The position numbers and the translations under genes were made by a program. Of a stretch of 64,000 nt of DNA, positions 37,601 to 49,800 are shown piece by piece. The number at the start of each line of letters is the position of its first letter. Position 1 is the stretch's first letter. Under the pieces are notes generated by a model. The model saw only the letters and a program-made list of their open reading frames with translations. It had not been told where the DNA came from and searched no databases. The DNA is from Perna viridis (lineage: Eukaryota), in contig CM074512.1 of the NCBI GenBank assembly GCA_037379345.1, positions 58,859,597 to 58,923,596 of the forward strand. Direction: 5' to 3'.

Positions 37601-39947
37601 TGTTGAATCTCCCAGCGAGTCAGATCCATGGGAGCTGCCGGATTACACAGGTGGTAATTTCATCATACCGTCAGAGGATGATGGTGATGAAATCGATAAG
37701 CTGTTAAATCAAATGGGGAAGCGAAAATCATCGAAAAATCAAGATCCGTCCCAGAAGTTAGAACAAAAAATACCTCTTGTGAATGAAAAAGAAATTTTCG
37801 AACCATTACCAACCAGTTCGAATATTACAAAACAGAATCTTAGCGCAGTTGGACGAACTTGCTTTGACGATATAATCGAAGAAGATATCTCTTCACATTC
37901 TGAAAAAATCGAAGTACCACAAATCGTAACCAAGCTCAAAAAGAAAGGACTGAATGTAAAATGGGCTTCAGATATCGTCAAAGTCAAATTATATGATGTT
38001 GAAACAGACGAATCCGAACAACAATATGATTATCTAGAAAACAATGATTGGGAACTATCTGATGATAATGATGATGACAATGAATATGCACTCCGGTGTG
38101 CTGTCAATGAGTTGAATGATGATGATACGGATATCGATGAAGATTTTGATGATCCGTTTGATGACAAAGCTTGCTCGATCGATCTTAATCCATGTGATGA
38201 AGCCCGGCGTGAAAGGCCCGCCAATGAATATGCACTCCAGCGTGCTGCTGTCATTAAGAAGAATGATGATGATACAGATATCGATGAAGATTTTGATGAT
38301 CCGTTTGATGATAAAGCTTGCTTGGTCAATGTTTATCCGGGTGATGAAGCCCAGCATGAAAAACCCGCCAATGAATATGCACTCCACTTTGCTGCTGTCA
38401 ATGAGAAGAATGAAGATGATACGGATATCGATGAAGATTTTGATGATCCGTTTGATGATAAAGCTTGCTCGGTCGATGTTAATCCGGGTGATGACGCCCA
38501 GGAGGAAAAACCTACCAATGAATATCCACTCCAGTATGCTGCTGTCAATGAGAAGAATGATGATGATACGGATATCGATGAAGATTTTGATGATCCATTT
38601 GATGACAAAGCTTGCTCGATCGATGTTAATCCAGGTGACGAAGCCCAGCGTGAAAAGTCCGCCACTGAAAGCGATGTAGAAGATTTAGATAATTTTGTTG
38701 ATGATAAAGCTTGTTCTATTGATGTAAACCCTGGCAATGAAGCCCAGCCACTTCAGCCTCACCAAGTTCAATGTGGTGATGAGCCTGAAAACGATATTGA
38801 AGAATATTTTAATCATCAGTCTGATGACCAAGCTTGCTCATTTGATACAAATCCCGACAAAGAAACTCAGTCTCCAAAACCTCAACGAGGTAAATTTGGC
38901 GATCAGTGCAATGACAAAGTCTGTACCGGTCAAAATGCAACACTGCCGCCTAAGCTTGACAACTGCCAGTGTGATAAAAGCTCAGATTCTGATATCGATG
39001 AAGAAATTTATGAGCAATCAGATAGAAGCGCTTGTCCGAAGCCTTTAGTTATAACTCCGAACGACAATGCAAATGAAAAAGAATCTGCAAGGCCTGATAA
39101 CGACCGTGGCAACGAAACTTCTAATGGAGAATTCAGCAGTAAGCTCGGTGAAGAGTTAGATACAATACCACATACTGGTATAGTAGAAACACATTCAAAC
39201 GTTGAAGTTCGCAAAGAGGAAGAGCATGAACATAGAGATATTTCGAAGGAAATCAGTAGGGCTGAAAGTATAAATCTATCTAAACCAAGTCACAAAATCG
39301 AACCGCGCAGCCTGATAAATGTGAGTCCACCAAATCAGGAAGAAATCGCAGATATAAAACCAATTGAGCGGGAGGTACTAATGCCTGTGGCAATAGGTGC
39401 ATCTTTAGTACACATCGGGAATAAACAAGCTACTCTGATGAACTTGAGTTCACAGAAACCGGAAGATATTCCTGAGATGAATTCTATTGAGCGACAGCTA
39501 CAAATGCCCGGAACAAATGGTATTTCTAAAGACACTGGTAGTAATGCAACTGACCTGTTGCTGGGAAATCCTTTGCAAAGGAGAGGGTCAACGCTGACAC
39601 CATTAGCTTCTGTCGAGGAATCTCCCAAGAAAAAGAAAGTTAAAAAAAAGAGAAGTGACAAAACAAAAACAACTGTTGCAGATAACGCAAATGAAAAGCC
39701 CAAAGAAAAGTCTGATAAAAAACCCAAAGAAAAGGTTTATAGAAAACCAAAAGAAAAGGTCGATAAACATCCTAAAGAAAAGGCTGATAAAAAACCCAAA
39801 GAAAAGGTTGATAAACAACCTAAAGATAGGAAGGCTCATAAGAAACCTGAAAATAAACCAAAAAAGAAAGAAGTAGTTGTCTATGAAGATTCGAGTACTG
39901 ATGGATTTGAAATGCCCTCATTTGAACTTGCTGAAGACTATATGTAG
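28602..39947 (+). CDS. Uncharacterised giant acidic low-complexity protein, ~2,908 aa, 9 coding exons
   Basis: Exons 28602-28605, 28832-28906, 29599-29690, 29886-30387, 30611-30678, 30947-31598, 31930-32658, 33022-36777, 37099-39947; all GT-AG, phases chain correctly, total 8727 nt = 2908 aa + TAG. Confidence 0.78.
28832..28906 (+). CDS. Giant protein exon 2 (after ATGG at 28602-28605)
   Basis: ttttcag|ATAAG...GAGC|gtaagt; (M)DKHADCRLARYLPDIERVVGPFTDE. Confidence 0.62.
29599..29690 (+). CDS. Giant protein exon 3
   Basis: aatttcag|AG...CTAAA|gtaggt; phase 1-0. Confidence 0.65.
29886..30387 (+). CDS. Giant protein exon 4 (three TQT motifs)
   Basis: ttgcag|GAT...CACC|gtaagt; within ORF 29838-30434. 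Confidence 0.78.
30611..30678 (+). CDS. Giant protein exon 5
   Basis: ttgtag|ATCC...GGAG|gtgagt; phase 1-0. Confidence 0.72.
30947..31598 (+). CDS. Giant protein exon 6 (S/Q/Y-rich heptad-like repeats, KRVSF)
   Basis: tttcag|ACA...GAAG|gtagga; ORF 30974-31660. Confidence 0.78.
31930..32658 (+). CDS. Giant protein exon 7
   Basis: ttttgcag|GTG...AAAC|gtaagt; ORF 32124-32705. Confidence 0.78.
33022..36777 (+). CDS. Giant protein exon 8 (3756 nt)
   Basis: tttcag|AAT...AGAG|gtattt; 1240-aa ORF 33063-36785. Confidence 0.88.
37099..39947 (+). CDS. Giant protein terminal exon 9 (2849 nt)
   Basis: tttttcag|GTG...TAG; 896-aa ORF 37257-39947 is open upstream to the acceptor. Confidence 0.88.
38079..38750 (+). 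repeat. Coding tandem repeat, 144-147-bp (48-49 aa) unit x4 plus a partial copy
   Basis: Unit starts at 38079, 38223, 38370, 38517; core DTDIDEDFDDPFDDKAC. Confidence 0.95.
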
Positions 39948-40077
39948 AAAAATTTATGATTTTATATATGTGTATCTTTTTATTTGAGAAAAATGATTTT
40001 GCTAAAATTTTAATCAGACAATAGGCAGCATTTCTCTGTGATAACTATATTTTTATTAATCACTTTTATTGTAAAAA

Positions 40078-40348
40078 TAAGTGCCAGTCCCTGTAAGAAT
40101 CAGGCAGTAAAACCCTGCCAATCTGACAGTTTAACTTTAGTTTTAATCTTCAGATTTAAGGAATGAGTACAAGAATAGCCTCCATTTTGAAGCAATAAAT
40201 ACTAGTTGTGCAATACTTATTTTTGCAATGAAATGTTCAGCAAAATATTTTTTTCATTTGTAAAGATCAGATGGTAGTGTAAAAAACATAGATGAGCAAG
40301 TTGTAAAAGGTTTGAACTTTTTGCCTGATTCTTACAATCACATGTACT
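40078..40348. mobile_element. Subterminal-inverted-repeat element, copy 2 (opposite orientation to 18440-18825)
   Basis: aagtgccagtccctgtaagaatcaggca ... tgcctgattcttacaatcac. Confidence 0.6.
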
Positions 40349-41919
40349 TTTTTATCCTTTAATCTATTGTAATAACACTTTATACACATATAACCCATAG
40401 GAGCTTTACTATAAAGGAGAAATGAAAAAATCAATGTTGAAAAAAGAATGCTATGAAATTTTACTGCTACGCTCGATCAGTGACATGCTTCCTACCTTAA
40501 TTTTTAATTGCCGAGTAACAATTAGAGTTATTCTAATTAATAGGTACACTTGTTACCTGTCTCTCTTTATAAATATATAATAAACAAACGTTTAAGTCCA
40601 CACTGTGAAGTATTCACTATCCATTGACTGCACATAACTATACCACAGATGGATAGTGAATAGAGTGTGAAGTTGTTAAAGAAAATATGAACCCCCCCCT
40701 CCAATCAATTAGAGTGGACTGGGCTATATTGCAATCACCTTATCCCTCCATCAATATGTGTTACACTATTCTGTAACATATTTCTCAGATTCTATCTGAG
40801 GGGGTGTTTGTTATTTGGTATATTTCTATTGCATGATGACTTGTACAGTGTCTACCCATTTTACGTAACGTGCAACTTCTTGTTTAACAAAGAGACTTGT
40901 AGCAAGTCTACTTATGAGAAAGTATCAGGTGCTTCCCACTATATCAGTAAAGCTCAAAATTATTACTTATTATTTAAAAGTATGTACAATAATATTTAAG
41001 GCGTTTTTATGTTCATAGATAATTTTTTGTATCATGTTATGGTGAAAAATCCTTAAATTTTGACAACTTATAAAAATGTGTACACAGCATATTATATATA
41101 CATTGTTTGAAAAAGTCACTAGCTTTCCTACATCTCATCCCTACTTGCCTCATATATTTCATTGTGAATCTATCAACTTAGTGCATTGTTTAGATTAACC
41201 CTATGAGGGGAATGAAACAATGCATAAAGAAGACGAGATTCATAAGAAAAATATCACAGTAAGTTAGAGAGGTGAGGGGCAAGCTTGATTAGGATGCACC
41301 TACCCCAAGGGCAAGTAGCTGAAAAAAACAATTCAAATACTGTCTATATTATATGCTTTTATAAAATTATTTTTTGCAGTGTTATCAGAGTAAGAGGACC
41401 TGTCTAATTTATTTTTTAATCTTAAATTGATATTTTCATTTTTTTTTAAACCATTGTATTCCATCATGTTGTCAAATCTGACATTTGGATTAGACAGGTT
41501 TCACAGTCAACAATAAACATTACTGTAAGGTTGATAGTTTCCATCACTAAGCTAAGTGATTTTGGTTCACATAAACACTAAACAGTAATTTATTCCGACC
41601 CTATTATCTGTGTTTAAATACCACAATCAGCTAGCTTACCTTAAGTTGTAAGTGTACAATAAGTTGTAAATTATGACATCATAATAGAAAGTGGTATTAT
41701 GAGGTCATTACTTACAATCCATTTTACACTTAAAACTTTTTGTGAATCTACCAATTGCTATTATTCTGTTCAATAAAGACCATTTTTGTATATACTGTAT
41801 TTGTAACATAATTTTGTTTAATTTTCGTTTTTCAATAAAATTGTTATTTTACTTTTGTTACTTTCTTAATTCCAAATTTGACATTCACATAGATTTTGTA
41901 AATTTATAACAACTGGTAA

Positions 41920-42430
41920 TTAACCGTTTCATAGGGCGCTGCTTGATACGACCACTGAGTTTGAACCCTGAAAAGTTGGGGCGAGTATGAACACACAATT
42001 CAAGCTTGATACAGCTTTGTAGTCTGATTATAAGACATTTGACACAGGATACAAGTTTGATCATCCATGTGGCCACTTTCCAAATGGTTCAGGTCACAAC
42101 CTCCAGTCCTTCCAAACCTTCCTTTGGGGTATGGCACATTCTGGTACATTTTTTCAAAGAAATCTCTTCCCTTTTACTGAAGTTATCATAAAGACATGAG
42201 GAAAACTTGTTTCTGGCCCCTTATTCCTACTACAAGTCAAGTCACCATCTCCCCAAATTTAATCCAAGCCTTCTTTAGGTGGTTTGGCACCTTGCACAAT
42301 TTCATAAAGTATCATTTTCTTATTGTTCATACTTCTGGAAAATGTTATTTGACTGGTACATCACTCAATCAGCATCACATTGTCTCCTTAATGCTGTCTT
42401 TTTTGTCACATTACCTTTCAAATTGATTAA
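41920..42430 (+). mobile_element. Dispersed non-autonomous repeat (same family as 150-940)
   Basis: ttggggcgagtatgaacac...aagcttgatacagcttt shared with ~44855-44900; boundaries approximate. Confidence 0.5.
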
Positions 42431-43573
42431 GAATTGGTCATTGGCTATTAAAGCTTGGATTTATTTCACAAAAAAATACCTTAAGGTGATTACTTTCTGG
42501 AACAATATGAAGTAGGTGGGGGATTCAATGATACTAAGGTTCTTTCATTTTTCTCTGTAATTTTTTAAGCTTTTAACTTCTGCATCCAGTTAAGATTTTC
42601 ATGTTTTTTTTATGAATTTCATACTTAAGAAATTGTCTACAGGTCATAAATAAAACAAAATAATTTTTCATACATTTTTACTGTGTAAGATCACAGATTC
42701 ATGTGAAAACAAAATTTGATATAGACCTAATTAAAACAGAACACACTGTCATCATACAAATCACCAATCACATTATTATCAAAGCACTGTTAGTGTTTAT
42801 ATAGGTATCCATGGTAATGAATTGGTAGATGATCACAAACATTACAACAAAAGGTACATTTACCATCTCAAAAAAGGACAAACTTCCCTTTACTATACCC
42901 CTCATCTTACTCTCAAAACATATCAATGCACCTATTCATGTGAAAAGGTACCCAAAATATATATTGCACAAAAATATCTTTACAAATTAAATATGAAACA
43001 GTATACTAATATAGCAAATACACAACTTGACACAAATGCAGCCCTTCAAAGCCCTGAAAACTATTTACTCCATATTAGAATAGTAAACACCACAGTACAG
43101 AGAAAAAACCAATACTTTTAATTTGGTGAATAACATATAACCAACAGAAGCAATACGATCAAAACAGTGAGCTTAAATTGATATTTAAGAAAAAACGTTA
43201 AACCAATGGAATGAATTTTATCTGCTTAAATGCCAGGGGGTGACTGTCTCTTGAAAAAGCTAAGTCCTTTCTCAATTCAAAGCAGAAAAAAGGGGAATAT
43301 AATATCTACATGAAAAGCATGATAAAATATGATAAAAAAAATCATATACCTACAAAAGTTTTTAGAAAAACAATAAATAAATAGATCAATAACAACAACT
43401 ATATTTGAAATAAAACCCAAAACAAAACAAACAAAACTAATCAACTCAATAGCTCAGTATAATTGGCTGGTAATCAGAGGAAATTCTGGAAAATATCATG
43501 AAATCATTTGTTTCAAGTCATATATAAGAGTCAATTAGAGCAACTGTAAAAGAAAGGTTTCAGTTCAATCCAC

Positions 43574-43856
43574 TCAATTCAAATGGAAACCTTTTTCAGC
43601 AGTGGCTGCTAAAAGTTTTTCCCGGAGAATATCCTCTGAGGAATATTCTGGCAGTTTGAGATAATGAACACATGTGTTGACTGAAGGAAAGCTAGTATCA
43701 TTTCCGTCAACTTTCCTCACAATCGTTAGTCTTGGATGTAAGTTTGCGAGGCCACCTGGTGGCAGAGATGAACAGCCAGTTGTGAACTGTAGGAAAGCTT
43801 TTTTCTCATCTGGACTTAAACTGGTCACCACATTTACAAACCTTTGGAACCCAGGG
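43574..43856 (-). CDS. HECTD1: HECTD1 last coding exon (catalytic Cys in NTCVHYL)
   Basis: ORF 43574-43873; AG acceptor at 43857-8. Confidence 0.93.
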
Positions 43857-46800
43857 CTAAAAATATAAAACATATTAATTTAATATCAATTGCACTCCTT
43901 GTATAACACATGGTAGATCTTCTCATGTTGGACTTATCTTCAATATTTTTTGTTTCAGTACAATTTGTAAACAATTTATTTTTGGATCTTGAACTTCCTA
44001 AATATTTCGTTCTAATTAGAGGTTACTCCTTGATATACCTCAAGTATAACGAAATTTCCATATTCATACTGGTATTATTTTGCATTACACAAGTGACATT
44101 TATAAGCTGAAATATTTCAGGAACAAAACACACATTATATGTGAAGACAAATTGAACATTGGAACCTTATTATATTCACTGTAAAATATTAAAACTAACC
44201 TTTCTTTAGAATATCCAAGTTTAGGTTCAGTGTAAGTTAGTATATCATCCCTAGACCATTCAGGGGCCTGATCACCACATAACAGTGAAGCTAACTCTGT
44301 AGGACTAAATGAATGTAACTTCTCCATAGAAAATACAGCATTGAAACCATCTGTAATGAAACAAAAAACAATATATATCAGTGTAAAATAACTATAGTGT
44401 GCACTTCTTTTTAAAATAAGAAAAAATGCTTCATATTTTCCAATACCCTATATCACTGTATATGAACAAATTGAGATCAGATTTATGAGTAGATATAAAT
44501 AAATAGAACCAACAACAACAGGGGTACTTAATCTTGATGCATTTAAAAGAGATAGAAAAAAAAATTATATAGTCTACAAATTAAATCCCATAATGTATTA
44601 GTCAAGCCCCATCAGTCTAAAAACAAAATTGTTTTTTAGTTTTACCTCTAAAAGCATCAAGCTGTCTCCTGATACCACTGTTCAGACAGAAATCAGTAAC
44701 CAGATCCACATACTCCTCAATATTCTCTAGAGTTACCTCCTCCTGGAGAAAAAAAAACATGTCAAATAAAGATCAAAAGAAAATACTGTAGGAGAACAAG
44801 TCATTTTCAGTAAAAAATCAAAAATGAAATTCTTGACAGAGTCCAGTTTTAAGGGTTGGGGCAAGTATGGACACTCCATTTGACTTGATAAAGCTTTTAA
44901 TTTTAATTGCGATTTGACATTTGCAACTTGATAAGAGTTTGACAAGAATCAAAGCGGCACCTTTTTTTACCCCTATTCCTAAATGGTTCCAGTCACAACC
45001 TCTATGATAAATCCCAGTCTTCCGTTTGTAGTATAAATCAGAGTAGCCCCTTTTTGACCCTAATTCCAAATTAGATCAACTCACAACCCCCAACGTAAAT
45101 TCCAGTCTTTCTTTTGTTGTATGACACCTTGTGATATCATTTAAAAGAGAACTGTTCAGTTTTACTCAAATTATTTATACAGGACGTCAGGAATATGCAT
45201 GTTTCTGGACTGTAATTCCCAATTAAAGTCAAAACCACCAAAATTAATCCAAGGCATTCTTTGGTGGTATGGCATCTTGTACAATTTCAAAGAGATCCAT
45301 TTACTTACAGTAGAGTTAATATTGTCTTGACATCAGGATAATGTTTTTTTCCCCCTGGCCCCCTTTGGCCCTAATTCCTTAGCGGTTCATGTCTTGCCCG
45401 CCACTATCAATCCCAGTCTGATCTTTGTAGTATGGAATATTGTGGAACAACGTCATCAATACCTGTATGCTAGTTATGTATTAAATTCAATGAAATGCTT
45501 GTTTAATAACCTTTCTTTCGTAATTTGGAACCTTGTTATAAAACTTTATCAAGATCAACAAACAATTTAGATGTTTTGCACAAAAACCATCTACGGATGA
45601 CAACACAAACAATGACAGTGCCATAAAAAGACCAGATTTTTTTTTTCAGATACAAAGTGAAGGATAATATAAATAAATTATAATGTTCCTTAAAAAATAA
45701 AACATTATTATTATATACCAGAACATCCATGAGAAGAAGGAACAGTTAAAACAAAACTTCTCATGGAACAGTTAAAACCATATCATAAGATAAACTTGTT
45801 ATTTGATTTTTCATATTTTAATATTTATAAAAAATAAAAAAAATTGCAAAAACAAATTTCAAGATACTTATTTACTCACATCTTCTCCATTTGGTTTGAG
45901 GTCATATGATGTGTAGCCATATATCTTTGAGGAAGGATTGAACTGGAAGTTTATTCTACAACAGAAATTATTTAATAATAAATACACAAGTAAAAAGAAA
46001 TTATTGGCAAAAGAGTGAGGACAAAAAAATAAATTAAAATTCCTTCATCTTTACAATATTTCAGGATTTTTTTTCCCCAAGATATCATGAACATATTGTT
46101 TTTTTTTTGTTTTTTATCTCATCTTGCAGAAATCATAATAATTTTTGACAGAAAAAAAAACTGCTCCATTAAAAGTTCCTACAAAAAATATTCTGGCACA
46201 GTTAGAGTAAATATTTTTAACTATGTATGTTCAACAACCATTTTAATTTTTGTTCATCCCAGCATGTAGGCTTTGACATTCCTTAACAAGTACAAATGTA
46301 AAAATATATTACACTCCTATAAATTGTTGTAGACTGTTTAAGTATAACAATAGAATATGGATTCTGCTATTGTATCGTTTTTATTTCCAAACTGACATCA
46401 CGACTACACACAACATTAAGTTGCATACATTGTTGTACTAGGTATACCACCACTTGTACAGGACGCTGACATAAGGCAGCAGCCAAAATCCCTTACAACC
46501 TGCCAATCTATATTTAGCCACATATCAAATTTGGAATCAATCTGGAACAGAGATTTTAGGGATGAAAACTGATGGACAAGGTGATTCACATATACCACCC
46601 ACTGTCTGAGTGAGGGTATAATACATTTTAATCTTACTTTAAGTCCTCCTGTCTATATTTATTCTCAGGATCAGCAGATACCACCCACTCACTGAGTGAG
46701 GGTATAATATATTGTAATCTTACTCTAAATCATCCCATCTATATTTATCCTCAGGATCATCAGATACCACCCACTCATTGAGTGAGGTTATAATATATTA

Positions 46801-49800
46801 TAATCTTACCCTAGATCCTCCAGTCTATATTTATCCTCAGGATCAGCAGGATTTCCAAGTCCTAACTGCTGAATCAATATGTTTTTCTGATCAGGTGTCA
46901 AAGTCTTATCTTTCAGAATTTTCTGTTTTTGATTTGAGAGATCTTTAAGCTGGCTCAAAAACACAGCTCTGTGAGTGTCAATTAATTCAAAATCCTCATC
47001 ATTTAGAATTCCAGTAAACCAAGCTGGTGTCTCTGGCTGTTTAGGTTTTGGCGGGTCAAGGATCAGTTCTTTGTCCATGTCCTCAATACTGTAGGATGTC
47101 GTATAGCTGGTCTGGTTACTACTTGGTAAATCTGAATGGTACGATTCCATGGAACTTCCAACAGAGCGATGAAGAGATTGTGTGTACTGTTGTGTAATAT
47201 GGTGACCTACTTCACCCATACACATCAGTTTCAAGAATGGCATAGATAATGGAATATCTATAATACGCTTGTCTTGTAGACATTTGGCAAGAAGTGTGCC
47301 GAGAAACTGGTACAGCTGTTCTATGTTGTGCATGTCATGGCTATCCTGTGGATATGGAGCTGGGAACAGTCCACCAATCCTCTGGATGTAGTAACCTGGT
47401 GGCTTTATACCATGACCAATGTCAACCTGTAGTTAAAATATATTGTAAGCACAAAACAATAATAATATCAGAATATTGAAAGTTTCAGATATATTGCAAA
47501 TATAGTTAATGTAAAGCAACGTTATTAAATGTATTATTAAATTTAAAACAAATTTGGCTTATTTTTATTTTGAATCAACACCCTTTTTGCCATGTACTGG
47601 TAGCCTACAGTTTTATTAATAGAGGAAAGATTCATATGAAAATCTCCATTATAGATATTCCAAATAGAAGAAAACATATGGAATTAAAAAGATATTTTCC
47701 TTAACAGAATTAAGGAGGTAAGGGACACAACTCTTACAAATCATCGAGACGTTTGTATACAACATTTTACATCAATCACATTTATGCATCAAAGTAACTT
47801 GAACTGATTTCATTCTGCTTCAAATTAAAGCTTGATAGGCTTTGTAGAAATTGAATATGATACAAACATATCACTGAATTAAAAGTTATGTCCCTTACCC
47901 TAGGTCTACCTCCTTAATTACTGTTTTTTTGAAATAGAAGAAAGGGTGTGTGTAGGTCAAGTTCAAACAATTTTATTAAATTAAATAAAATAAGTATAGT
48001 ATTACAAACCTCTCTTTCCAACTTGTTTAGAGCCTCATCATCACACAACCACAACCCTAGCTCCTTCTTCTGAATTTCAGCTGCAACAAGAGCATAAAAC
48101 TCTAAAGTGGGACCCAAACCAGTTCCTTCTTCTCCTGAGAATTCTATCTCTAGTATAGATTTCCTTTGTGAGTGGTGTTTCATTACTTGAACAGCCCATT
48201 CTAAGAAATGGTCACCTCTTGGAACTTTAACTCGTTCATGTTTTAGACGACCAATTCTGTATTCACCACCTTCATCTCTTCGTGGCAAAGCACCTCTGCT
48301 TCTTTCTAATGTGGCATCTCTTCTCTCTTGTAACCAAACTATTGACCTGACAAAAGAAATATCATGAGATTAGAATATATATTGAGAATGGATATGTGTA
48401 TATGTCAAAGAGACAACAACCCCACCAGGATGAAAATGGCTGAAAAACAATCTGTTGGAAATGATTTATTTCAGAAGTGACATCAGCAGTTAGGAAGGGA
48501 ATGTTTTAACTTTTAATGCAGAAACAGAATGTATGTTATAGGAAGTCTCACATATTTCCAATGGTGTAGATATATAACAACATAGCTGTGCATTATCAAC
48601 ATGGTCAGATAGATCTGTCCCTCATAGACAATGCCTAAACTCTTATTATACACTTGATTTCTACCATCTAAACCTACCTAGAGCAACCAAATGCAGTACA
48701 AGAGAAGTAAAGTTGTCTGGTGTCATAGGAGAACAACATGGGACACCATTTGGTTAGTTTCTCACACCAGTCTGGCAGTGCATTACTAGCTAACACTAAT
48801 GGATCCTGGATCTGTTGGACTAATTTATTGGTTATCTTCTTACTACAGAAATCACCAGGAGGAAGGTTTACCAAACCTCCTATGTCATCTGAAAGATATG
48901 AAACAAATCTTAGATTGTAGAGTGGACCTAAAAAATGCACAGAAGAGGACCACTGATAAGAATTTATTACCTTAAAATATTTTGTTTACATGAATATGAG
49001 AAGGTTAGTACTGTTTCATGATTCTAATTTTATACTGGCATCATAGTTTTAATAAAGAGAATGTAAACCATTTATCTCATTGATTTGTTTGTAAATAGAA
49101 TTATCAAATGCTATTATTTTGAGTTCATCAACATATCCAAAGAGTACAAACAGTAATGTTCAACAAGAACCATATCATATTTCCCTACCAACATACCAAA
49201 TATGGCCACTGGCAAGAATTTATTATCTTAAAATATTTCCTGTACATGAAAAGGGCTTATACTGGTTTCATAATTTTGATAAAAAGATTGTAAATCATTT
49301 ACCTCATTGATTTTTTGTGAATGCTTCACTCACTGAACTGATCAAAATGATCAAAATGCTATGATTTTTATCATCAATGTCAACTTATCAAATAAGTACA
49401 AACCATAGCATTCTTCAAGAACCAAATCATAATTACCCTACCCTACTTACCAAAGTTTTGCTTCATAGACTGTTCTACCAAATCATAATTACCCTACCCT
49501 ACTTACCAAAGTTTTGCTTCATAGACTGTTCCATACCAATAGCATACAATCTCTGTAGAAGCTGGAGTACATGGTCGATGGTACAAGCTGCCGGATCGTT
49601 GTTCTTAGGTACGTCAGACTCACTCAAAATCTGGTTTGTATCAGACTTGCTCTCAAGTTGGTTGTAAGTAGAATCCTAAAATAAAACCAAAAAATTTCAT
49701 CCTCTTCATATATTATTGTTATCGATAACACCTTGAGAACTCATCAAATAGTTTTACCTATGAACACTGTGCAACAGAAAGGTATTTACTGTAATAGCAT

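Noticed and set aside
33535-39876. Many overlapping antisense and alternative-frame ORFs (e.g. 38116-38679, Met-rich)
   Set aside because: Shadows of the low-complexity, repeated coding strand
33063-39947. The 1240-aa and 896-aa ORFs as separate intronless genes or a viral insertion
   Set aside because: Both begin at non-ATG codons just inside splice acceptors and are joined by phase-matched GT-AG introns
28602-39947. Shell-matrix (biomineralisation) acidic protein
   Set aside because: The predicted N-terminus (MDKHADCRLARY...) has no signal peptide and the motifs are cytosolic-type; not excluded if the true first exon differs
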